This document shows positions 8,224-16,565 of a stretch of DNA of 37,410 nt, in pieces. The first letter of the stretch is position 1; every line of letters begins with the position of its first letter. The notes under the pieces were generated by a model. It did not search any database, was not told where the DNA came from, and saw only the letters and a program-made list of their open reading frames with translations. Position numbers and translations under genes: made by a program. Origin of the DNA: Candidatus Hodarchaeota archaeon (GTDB taxonomy: Archaea; Asgardarchaeota; Heimdallarchaeia; Hodarchaeales; Hodarchaeaceae); the NCBI GenBank assembly GCA_016839785.1, contig JAEOTQ010000230.1:1-37410 (forward strand), in the 5' to 3' direction.

Positions 8224-10818
8224 ATGCCTGAGAAATGTCAAATCAGCTTCAATTTACAAGCAGAAGGGAAAGCTAAAGTTGAGTCCTTCCGTTTCAATGT
8301 CAATTCACTTACTGATCCTTCAGTTGAATTTCCGAGTTTTCCAAAAGAAAAGATGTTACGGGCTTTAAGGGAACATAGTCATAGCAAACAATATGGATTC
8401 GCACATGGCCACCTTAAGAACTTAAAATTTAAGAAATGCGATGCTCTTAGTGATGAAGAAGAAATTCATATCTTAATGTTAGTATTTGAAAAAATTGGTC
8501 CAATCTCTCTACTTTTTCACAATAAGTTTGAATATTTGGTATTAGAAGGAATCGATGCCCAGTATAACTACATTGGATACAAAACACTCGTTAATCTTCT
8601 CATTCAGGTAATTAAACCAGATACGGTACCTATTCAAGGACTAGGGAAGATAAAAGCCATTTATCATGCCTCTAATACTCAGGAATTAAAACGAAAGGCT
8701 TCATACGTTCCAATCCTTGATACAACCGAAGGAAAAATTACCCTATTCGCATTAAGTATTATTTTACCGACAATAGCGGTGATTGTTCTCCCCATAAGTT
8801 GGCTAGAAGAAGTGGAAACATATCTTTTTGCTCTAGGCTTACTCTCGATCTCAGTTTGTATATATCCCATAGCTAAGCGATCTTTTCGTCATTCTCCCCT
8901 AGCGTTACTATCTTTAATTGCTTCTTATTTAATTGTAGAAACACTGATACATTTTGACATCTTAATAGCGGGATTAAATCCTTGGGGGATATTCAATAAT
9001 ATTTCACGACATAATTTAGTAGGAATTTTGCGAAATCAACCAATTGTGAGCTCAATTGGTCCTCAACTCTTCATGGGATTTGATCTACTTGGTGCAATTG
9101 TCCCATTCCTAGATATTATCCTGTTAGGTATTATTCCATTTACCATTGGCGCTGGTTTATCGGGATTGCTGGAAAAGGTTGAAAAAAAGCTATCAATACG
9201 CACGATTACAGTTAAATCATTATTTGCTGCATTATTTTTAATTTCGATTATAGCCATACCAACCACTTATCATGCAATTGGAAAAGGCATGGAAGGGACA
9301 TTATATGCAAGTATTGGAGTTACAGACACTGCAGAAATATTTTCTGAGAAATTTTTCACTAATCTAGAAGACAATATCAATGATTTATGGGTATTAATCT
9401 ACTCTGCTCAATTCAATTTTGATAAAGCGGGAAATTCATTTCAGCAGTTTGCTGAAAATCCTCTTATTGCATATCTATTACCGTTTATCATACCTGAAGT
9501 TGCTGGAATCCCACTGAAGGATTTACCAAAGATTTTAGATCTAACAGAAGTTGTTTCTGAATCGTTGGCATATGTTCCTAATATCCTTTGGTCATTAACA
9601 CATTTAGAATCAGGTATAAATCTAACATTCTCAATTCTCCAAGATACCATTGGACAATCACTCATAGGTGGTTATGGCTCATCACTTACTGCGACTTATG
9701 ATCCTTCAATGCGTGCCGCTCTTAATCTCCTATTACAGGGTACAAACAATCTATCAGAAATTGAATCTCCTCTTCTAAGTTTATTCTCCCAAGCAAGGGA
9801 TAAATTAGGATATTCAGTGTTTGCAGAAATCTCTTCAGTTTTAACAGAATTAGAGTTCGTACTTCCAATATTAATTACGATTTTAAATGGATTGACTCCT
9901 TGGGTAAATAGTACATACAAATTAACACTTGTGATAGATGATTTATTTGATTTTGAATTCAATAGCGAGTATTTAGCAAGTGCTGTAGATGATTTTGATC
10001 AATCAGCTTCAATTCTTGATATTGATGTTGATACTTTGCCAAACACATCAATTATACCTATTCGGGACCTAGCAGATTTCAGTCTAAATCTTCATTCCGT
10101 TACAAAGTATTTTCTCTATACTATCCAAAATGGAACACAGATGTTTCAGCAGCTTAACAATACTTTAAAACTCTTTCAAAATGTAACTTTTTCCAATGCT
10201 TCGAATATTGATGATCCTATTTGGCAAGAAATCAATCTTGGATTGACTAACACTGAAAATTACTTGAAAGCAACGCAGGATAGCTTAACCGAGATGGGGA
10301 ATATTGTCTCCTCTCAAAGTGAATTGGACTTTGAAGTGTTAAATTCATTCTTAGGAGAACTACAAACCTTCATCGATGAAACAACAGCTGAATTCGATGT
10401 CGTGGAGGAGTATTTTGATGCACTCGCAGGGACATACGATGCCAGTTCCGCATTTTCTCTCGGTATAAAAGTGCTAAATGAAACCATAATGCAAGATCTT
10501 GTCTCCCCACCTACAACAGACTATACTGCTGCTAAAGGTAACTTTACTCAAAGCCAAATTTATGCTAATCAGACCTTTGATATCTTGGCCAATGTACCCA
10601 CCCACCTTTTGAATCAGAGTGCTATTACTAATTGGCAAAACTTAGTAAAAGGTGATATCCAAGATAATACTTCCAATTCAATATATGTCAATTCTGCCAA
10701 TTGTTTGAGCTTAATTGATGCAATTGAATTTGTTGGGTCTGCTAATCCAACCGACTTATTGAATTTCGAGATGATATTAATTCCCGCAGATACGATGGGC
10801 TGGAACATCTTTTCTTGA
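8224..10818 (+). CDS. Large hypothetical membrane protein: soluble N-domain, ~5-6 TM helices and a long amphipathic helical C-terminal region
   Basis: 864-aa ORF with hydrophobic segments at aa ~170-350. The Asn/Ser/Thr-rich acidic tail has many N-x-S/T sequons. Confidence 0.75.
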   Translation: MPEKCQISFNLQAEGKAKVESFRFNVNSLTDPSVEFPSFPKEKMLRALREHSHSKQYGFAHGHLKNLKFKKCDALSDEEEIHILMLVFEKIGPISLLFHNKFEYLVLEGIDAQYNYIGYKTLVNLLIQVIKPDTVPIQGLGKIKAIYHASNTQELKRKASYVPILDTTEGKITLFALSIILPTIAVIVLPISWLEEVETYLFALGLLSISVCIYPIAKRSFRHSPLALLSLIASYLIVETLIHFDILIAGLNPWGIFNNISRHNLVGILRNQPIVSSIGPQLFMGFDLLGAIVPFLDIILLGIIPFTIGAGLSGLLEKVEKKLSIRTITVKSLFAALFLISIIAIPTTYHAIGKGMEGTLYASIGVTDTAEIFSEKFFTNLEDNINDLWVLIYSAQFNFDKAGNSFQQFAENPLIAYLLPFIIPEVAGIPLKDLPKILDLTEVVSESLAYVPNILWSLTHLESGINLTFSILQDTIGQSLIGGYGSSLTATYDPSMRAALNLLLQGTNNLSEIESPLLSLFSQARDKLGYSVFAEISSVLTELEFVLPILITILNGLTPWVNSTYKLTLVIDDLFDFEFNSEYLASAVDDFDQSASILDIDVDTLPNTSIIPIRDLADFSLNLHSVTKYFLYTIQNGTQMFQQLNNTLKLFQNVTFSNASNIDDPIWQEINLGLTNTENYLKATQDSLTEMGNIVSSQSELDFEVLNSFLGELQTFIDETTAEFDVVEEYFDALAGTYDASSAFSLGIKVLNETIMQDLVSPPTTDYTAAKGNFTQSQIYANQTFDILANVPTHLLNQSAITNWQNLVKGDIQDNTSNSIYVNSANCLSLIDAIEFVGSANPTDLLNFEMILIPADTMGWNIFS

Positions 10819-10832
10819 AGCAGTGATTTCCT

Positions 10833-12311
10833 TTAAAGAAAGGACAATTCAGATTGTTCTTTTAGATATGGTTGTGGATCCATGTCCCAAACAGATAGAT
10901 CAAACTCCCCCCGTGCCACTGCTAAATCTCGAATCACAGCTCCAACTTGCGTAGCTGCATCCCCGCGCCAGAATTCCTCACCAAATTCATCAATCATTTG
11001 ATTCATCCATTCCTTAACTCGAACACTTGCGAGCATATACGAGGGGGCATAAACGTCATAATTCGGTGTAATATGATGTGTTAACCAGTAATCGCCTGGA
11101 ACCTCCCAAAAATATCGTTTTGTCAACTCTTGGAATCTTCTAGAGGCTTCTTCGTAGGAATAATCTTGTTTCCAGTATTCGATTTTCATTAGTGCATTTG
11201 CGGCATAAAATACCAAGAAATATAAATTCACAAAATGTCTACGATCCAATATCTCTTGAATAACGTCTTCATTCAGTCCTAGTTCGTTTTTGAGATATAG
11301 TGGTTGTTGTAATAACATCTCAAGAAATATTGAAAATGTTTCAGCGACGCTCATTGGAATAATGTAACGTTTCCAGAATGGATCGGTGTCTATCCCTGAA
11401 GCACCATGAATTCCATGTCCATATTCATGAAAAAGGCTTGTAAAATCACTAAAAGGTGACACGCGCTTATACACAACACGTACATCGTTGGGGATTTGAA
11501 TACCAAAACAAAAGGCCGAGGGTGACTTTTTTTCACGATCCTCGTTATCGACCTTGATTTTATGCAGCTCCTCCCCAAAACCCAAATTCGTCAATACTCT
11601 TTCAATCGATTTCTGAGGATTCTTCTTTGTGAAGTGTTGGTTAAGTGGTGAATATATTCGCCCACGTGCAAGATAAAAGTCATCATAATAATCAAATGAT
11701 TCTTTTCCGAGAATTTCTGGAGCAAAATGATCTGCGGCTTCTAAAAATGATTTTCTTGCTCCATCTCCTAGGATATTGACAAAATCTTTCAGTTTATCGT
11801 AAGTTAAAGACTCTCTCTCTAGATAAGCGTTCAAAGGATTTGATTCATAGAGCTTGTAAACTTGACGGGAAATATTGAAACGTTTTGTGATTAAAGGGGC
11901 AAGTTCTGGAGCTTTCTGAATGAATTCATCGTAAACCTGTTTTCGATTATTATCTTCTGGATCAGTTGCATTAAATTGTCTCCATGAACCCCAATTAACT
12001 GGTTTTCCATGAATCTTGAACTTTGTACTAGACAAGATCTTTGTCCGTTTTTCATAAAGCTCCAATGTAACTGGGAGTTTACGGGCTTGAGATATCGTCG
12101 CAATACAATGTAGATAGAATGAGCGAGGTTCTTTGTATTCAGTAAGAAAAGACGTACTTAGCTCCACTAGTGATTCGCTTGCACCTTCCATTACAGCTTT
12201 ATCGTATTCCAACCCACTTGTTTGGTTATAGCGCTGCTCAGAGAGTTGAATATGATACTTTTCGAATTCCACACCGATCTCATCAATTTTATTATCAGAA
12301 GAAGAGTCCAA
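10833..12311 (-). CDS. M3-type (oligoendopeptidase F-like) zinc metallopeptidase
   Basis: HEYGH zinc motif, downstream AETFS Glu ligand, REKKSPSAFC, and HH...YAPSY. Confidence 0.8.
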   Translation of the reverse strand: MDSSSDNKIDEIGVEFEKYHIQLSEQRYNQTSGLEYDKAVMEGASESLVELSTSFLTEYKEPRSFYLHCIATISQARKLPVTLELYEKRTKILSSTKFKIHGKPVNWGSWRQFNATDPEDNNRKQVYDEFIQKAPELAPLITKRFNISRQVYKLYESNPLNAYLERESLTYDKLKDFVNILGDGARKSFLEAADHFAPEILGKESFDYYDDFYLARGRIYSPLNQHFTKKNPQKSIERVLTNLGFGEELHKIKVDNEDREKKSPSAFCFGIQIPNDVRVVYKRVSPFSDFTSLFHEYGHGIHGASGIDTDPFWKRYIIPMSVAETFSIFLEMLLQQPLYLKNELGLNEDVIQEILDRRHFVNLYFLVFYAANALMKIEYWKQDYSYEEASRRFQELTKRYFWEVPGDYWLTHHITPNYDVYAPSYMLASVRVKEWMNQMIDEFGEEFWRGDAATQVGAVIRDLAVARGEFDLSVWDMDPQPYLKEQSELSFL

Positions 12312-12505
12312 TATCTACACCCATAATGAAATGAGTAACTCCCAAAAATATGCAAAGTGGATTTTTTCGAATCGATTAAAGTGTTTTTTGACTTCAAAAT
12401 AAGATTCAGATCTTGTCGTAAAGTTTTTGAGTATAGGTAATTACTTTTTAACAGTGACTTTTCTATAAATCTGACGTTATTTTAAAGGTTAATTGGTGAT
12501 ATTTA

Positions 12506-13339
12506 ATGGAAACTACAGACATAATCGGGGTTGTATTCGTTGTTTTGGGAATTATCTTTTATTTAGCACTCGGTACCCGCCTCTACCGTTCGTATAAAGT
12601 TTCGGAAAAGAAACAAACTTTGTACTTGTCATTACTTCTCTTATTTGGTGGATTGGCATTACTCTTACTTACACTTGAACAGTTGGTATTACTTGTAAAT
12701 GCAGATCCTCTTGATTCGCAAACGATTTCTGATGCTATTAGTATCTTTAATTATTCAACCATTGATGTATTCTGGGTCGGGTTTTTGTTTGCCTCTCTCG
12801 CTTGGATAACCAGTGGTTTGGCCATTGTTTCCGCAAACTTCTTTACTCAATCATTTTTCCCTGAAAGTAATAAAAAATTAGTACTAATTCCAATAATACT
12901 TATTTTTGCCTATTTAATCCTCATAATTTCCTCTCCCTTTTATTATGAATACAATGGGTCTGATTGGAGTCCAAGTCATGATGCTTCTACGACATTTATC
13001 TTGTGGATTCTTTTCCTAATCCCTCTTTGGACTGTTTCATTTCTGTTCTTGTACTTGAGTATTTCATTAAAAAGGAAAGGTACACCAGCGTGGCGTAGGG
13101 TTGGATGGTTTTTTTTCAGTCAAGTAATCCTGTCTATTGGATTTACGATTGAAGTACTCAGCCCAAGTTCCTTTACCACATTTTTTGATAGTATAGGAAT
13201 GACTGTTGAACTTTTATTGAATGACTCTCTCTGGTCGATCTCTGCTAGGTTCATGATTATGATATATGCAATCCTAATGTGGATTGCTGTCTATACGCCT
13301 AATTGGGCAAAAGGTTGGTTAGGTGCTTCAAAAAGCTAA
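12506..13339 (+). CDS. Asgard-type seven-transmembrane protein
   Basis: Seven hydrophobic helices and a TPNW tail. It shares loop and TM6 motifs with the N-half of 136..1305. Confidence 0.75.
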   Translation: METTDIIGVVFVVLGIIFYLALGTRLYRSYKVSEKKQTLYLSLLLLFGGLALLLLTLEQLVLLVNADPLDSQTISDAISIFNYSTIDVFWVGFLFASLAWITSGLAIVSANFFTQSFFPESNKKLVLIPIILIFAYLILIISSPFYYEYNGSDWSPSHDASTTFILWILFLIPLWTVSFLFLYLSISLKRKGTPAWRRVGWFFFSQVILSIGFTIEVLSPSSFTTFFDSIGMTVELLLNDSLWSISARFMIMIYAILMWIAVYTPNWAKGWLGASKS

Positions 13340-13358
13340 AACCCCCCTTTTTTCTTTT
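13340..13358. terminator. Probable terminator between convergent genes
   Basis: aaccccccttttttctttt oligo-T run between the convergent stop codons. Confidence 0.4.
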
Positions 13359-14449
13359 TAAAATCCATCAATCCAATCCATAAATCGAGACGAAACTTGT
13401 TGAAAGAGTAATTCACGAATCAAAGGATTTCTCTTTGCTGAAAGATCCACTGCTACTTCAATAAGGGCTTCGTCGTGCTTATCACGAACATCCACAATCA
13501 TTTTCTCCCGTTCTTCTTCAGGATAAGTAAATACATCGATCAAAAGGTTTGCCACCTCTAAAATTTGAGTATATGCTAGAGTAAGTATATTTTCAGCCCG
13601 ATTTGGTTCTTTTTTAACCTGTTTAAGAATTTCTTTTGAATAATTACACGTCTGTCCATTTTTTACCTGCTTTTTATTACTATCAATTAGAAGCTCTTGG
13701 GGATAACGTTTCACAAGATTTTTTGCTAAACCTATAATATCTGCTTGTTTTGGGTCAAGAACATCCTCTGTATAGCTTATTTTCCGAAGAATAACCTGAG
13801 GAAGGAGAAGATCTACACTGTGGACTATAAGATCTATCATTACCTGTGATTCTCCCGTTACGAGAACTGGATTACCTCGGTAAATCGCACCTAGTATCTT
13901 GTCCTCATTCTTTTTTATTTGAGAAAACAAGAAATCGAGATTGCCTCCCTCTGTTCTTTCTGAATAAGTTACCCGCTTTTCAATAATCTGTACCTGTGTT
14001 GTTGTATCTGTATCAGTCACTTCCCAAGCGTCTAGTGTCTGTTGTAACTCCTTAGGGAATGTTGAACCTTTTTCGAATGTATACTGTTGTTTAATCTTCA
14101 AAGAAATGTCATCTGCAGTGTGTTTCAGGAAAGGTACCTTGGAATATAAAAATGCCTGCTGCTCATGAGAAACAAGATAAATAAGAGCCGCTACGCAATG
14201 AGGATTAGCAGGATCCTGTTGGTTGATTTGGAATAAATAGATAAATCCAATTCGCTTTTTTGCAAGACCAGGAAAAGGTAATATAGCCTCAGTATTATCC
14301 AATTCTGAACTAGTCATCATTGAGAGTGGCATTGTAGATTTTAATGCGACTTGTGAGGCTTCAGAATCTGACAGGTTATGTTTTGTATAAAAAATAGGCA
14401 AAGCTTGCTTTTGGGTGGTAAAAACACAAAAGAGAACATCTCTATTCAC
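13358..14449 (-). CDS. DENN-like protein (uDENN/longin + cDENN + helical dDENN-like)
   Basis: Longin-like N-terminus (VLFCVFTTQKQALP...AILPFP...IGFIYLF...AALIYLV). cDENN-like core ILGAIYRGNPVLVTGES...VHSVDLLLP...DIIGL...LLID. Helical C-terminus. Confidence 0.65.
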   Translation of the reverse strand: MNRDVLFCVFTTQKQALPIFYTKHNLSDSEASQVALKSTMPLSMMTSSELDNTEAILPFPGLAKKRIGFIYLFQINQQDPANPHCVAALIYLVSHEQQAFLYSKVPFLKHTADDISLKIKQQYTFEKGSTFPKELQQTLDAWEVTDTDTTTQVQIIEKRVTYSERTEGGNLDFLFSQIKKNEDKILGAIYRGNPVLVTGESQVMIDLIVHSVDLLLPQVILRKISYTEDVLDPKQADIIGLAKNLVKRYPQELLIDSNKKQVKNGQTCNYSKEILKQVKKEPNRAENILTLAYTQILEVANLLIDVFTYPEEEREKMIVDVRDKHDEALIEVAVDLSAKRNPLIRELLFQQVSSRFMDWIDGF

Positions 14450-14570
14450 TTTGGTTCAACTCATTGTATTATAAAAATTCATTACTTGTTTGGAATTTAT
14501 GATATATGAACTTGATGTAATTTCTCGTATAGCACAGGGTTTTAATAAATAGTTACCTAGGTGCACATGA

Positions 14571-15209
14571 ATGGCTGCAATGATATCTAGGGCAATAAAT
14601 TCCTTAGGAATGCATGAAAGACGTGTATTAAGCAATAAGTGGTTTCTATTTCTTTTAATAGCTGGAAATTTACTTGGAGCCTTAATTGGATTTCAGTACT
14701 ATTTTGATATTATCGGAATTACAGATTTTCCTCCATACTTATGGATTTTGATTCCTGATTGCCCTATGGCAGTTTTTCTTTTGATCGGATTTTACCTTCA
14801 AGGACATGATCAGCGATATCTGAACTACAACTTTTTCGTCTTTATTCAAGGAGTTAGGGGTGCAATATTTACATATTTAATTGTTGCTAACTTTTCATCG
14901 CTAGATATTGAAATCGTTGTTCTTGGACATACATTTTTGCTACTTCAAGCTTTCTTAATTCTCCCTTTCTTAGCAAATCTACAAGTAACAAAAGCAACGA
15001 TTTTATCAATTATTTTAACTTTCTTCAACGATTTTATGGATTTTTTCGGCTTTTTCTCGCTTACTCCTCCAACTCTAGCACAGCTTCCCACGATTCAACC
15101 ATTGTTTTCTTTTTTCTTAGTGACAATTGTTGGATTAGATATTCTGATGGTGGTCATTGGCCTCAGTATTCGTCCTCTATCTGAGAGATATATAAGAACG
15201 AAAAACTAG
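14571..15209 (+). CDS. DUF1405 (YpjA-like) integral membrane protein
   Basis: NLLGALIGFQYY, WILIPDCP, GHTFLLLQ and FFNDFMDFF motifs in a multi-TM protein. Confidence 0.75.
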   Translation: MAAMISRAINSLGMHERRVLSNKWFLFLLIAGNLLGALIGFQYYFDIIGITDFPPYLWILIPDCPMAVFLLIGFYLQGHDQRYLNYNFFVFIQGVRGAIFTYLIVANFSSLDIEIVVLGHTFLLLQAFLILPFLANLQVTKATILSIILTFFNDFMDFFGFFSLTPPTLAQLPTIQPLFSFFLVTIVGLDILMVVIGLSIRPLSERYIRTKN

Positions 15210-15229
15210 GTAGAAATCTAAAAGCATAC

Positions 15230-15655
15230 CTATTTTTCGATCTTCTTGATAAAAGCATCAATTTGAGCAATCAATTGTGAATGGGTGTGATATTTTATAA
15301 CTGAAAGTAAAGAAGATGTATTTCCTGCAATCATAGCTGATATTGGTTCGAAATTTACATCGTATGCTGCCATAACAGGTTTATTGGTACATAACGCATA
15401 CGCGATTTCATATCCGACTCCTAAACTTGGAACTGATACCTCTGCTATTACACAGTCACATTCATTCAACCAATTTTCGTCATTTCTGAATATTTCGCCT
15501 TCAGTCAGTGAATTTTCCATCTCCAGCACATCCTGTGACGCCACGTGGTATGTAAGCACCTCATGATTGCCCTTTTGCAGAAAATCAAGGATGATCTCAT
15601 AGGTTTTCTGAAGCTGTCGTCCCCCACGTATTGCACCAGACAAATAAACTTTCAT
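15230..15655 (-). CDS. 2'-deoxynucleoside 5'-phosphate N-hydrolase (RCL/DNPH1; nucleoside 2-deoxyribosyltransferase family)
   Basis: KVYLSGAIRGGR, EVLTYHV, DCVIAEVSVPSLGVGYE and SAMIAGN. Confidence 0.92.
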   Translation of the reverse strand: MKVYLSGAIRGGRQLQKTYEIILDFLQKGNHEVLTYHVASQDVLEMENSLTEGEIFRNDENWLNECDCVIAEVSVPSLGVGYEIAYALCTNKPVMAAYDVNFEPISAMIAGNTSSLLSVIKYHTHSQLIAQIDAFIKKIEK

Positions 15656-15689
15656 TTATCTTTCAACTCGTTATCTAACTTCATCTAGA

Positions 15690-16496
15690 TTATCTTTTCA
15701 GAAATAAGTTAATATACTGTTTCACCTTTGGATCTGTGACTTCATCACCAAAGAGGCGCATAACATGGGACATTTTACTACTAAAATTCTCAAACGATAG
15801 ATTTTTTTCTTCACATAAAGCAACTACCATGTTATAAAGTACTGGATTTGTTCTCAAGAGTTGAGATAGCAGATAGAATGTGATTTTGTCATCATTTGTC
15901 CGTTTTTGCAGAAATTTCAGTATCTGCTTCTCTGATCGCAGATACCGAGACGAATTGATTAACTGAAATATGATAGGATAATATTCCTCAGATTTCATTT
16001 TCTGCCAATCACGAATTTCATGAATTCCCCGAATAGTCTCTTGGTAGTGTTTCTCCATAGCAAGGTTCGCAAATCCAATTTTCTCCCAAGATTCAAGTTT
16101 GGCAACTAATGACTGATATTCTTCATGAGTTTCTATGTTAGCTTCAATCGATCGAATACTATACTCTAGTAAACCCAGGATAAACCCAGGAGAATATGAT
16201 TCTAAGCTAGAACCAAGAGTCGGGGCAGATATTACTTCTTCCTGGATATTTTTCAGAAATTGTCTATTTTTTTCTAAGGTTGAACTTTCAATACTGTCCT
16301 CTAAAGAATCCAAGGCCCAGTATATGAATAGAGCTTTTTCCGAATGTTTTGATTCTGTTATGAAGGGTCGCAATTCTTCTTGTTCTTTTAGAAGTTGTTT
16401 GATCTCTGAAAAAACGATTGGTTGAGCCAAATGCAATTCCTCAATATTTCTTATTTTCAGACATGTTAAATGTCGCTCAAAAATGTTGACATTCAA
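15690..16496 (-). CDS. Hypothetical all-helical protein
   Basis: 268-aa ORF with a TTG start, co-oriented downstream of the HEAT-MHD gene. No family recognised. Confidence 0.7.
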   Translation of the reverse strand: MNVNIFERHLTCLKIRNIEELHLAQPIVFSEIKQLLKEQEELRPFITESKHSEKALFIYWALDSLEDSIESSTLEKNRQFLKNIQEEVISAPTLGSSLESYSPGFILGLLEYSIRSIEANIETHEEYQSLVAKLESWEKIGFANLAMEKHYQETIRGIHEIRDWQKMKSEEYYPIIFQLINSSRYLRSEKQILKFLQKRTNDDKITFYLLSQLLRTNPVLYNMVVALCEEKNLSFENFSSKMSHVMRLFGDEVTDPKVKQYINLFLKR

Positions 16497-16565
16497 AAAT
16501 TAGTTAATTTCGGAAAAACAAGAAAAAAGGATAACACCAGAAAAAAAGGGAGAAAGGTGTTGGTT

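Noticed and set aside
12506-13339. 7TM protein as a rhodopsin or true GPCR
   Set aside because: There is no retinal-binding Lys in helix 7 and no DRY/NPxxY motif.
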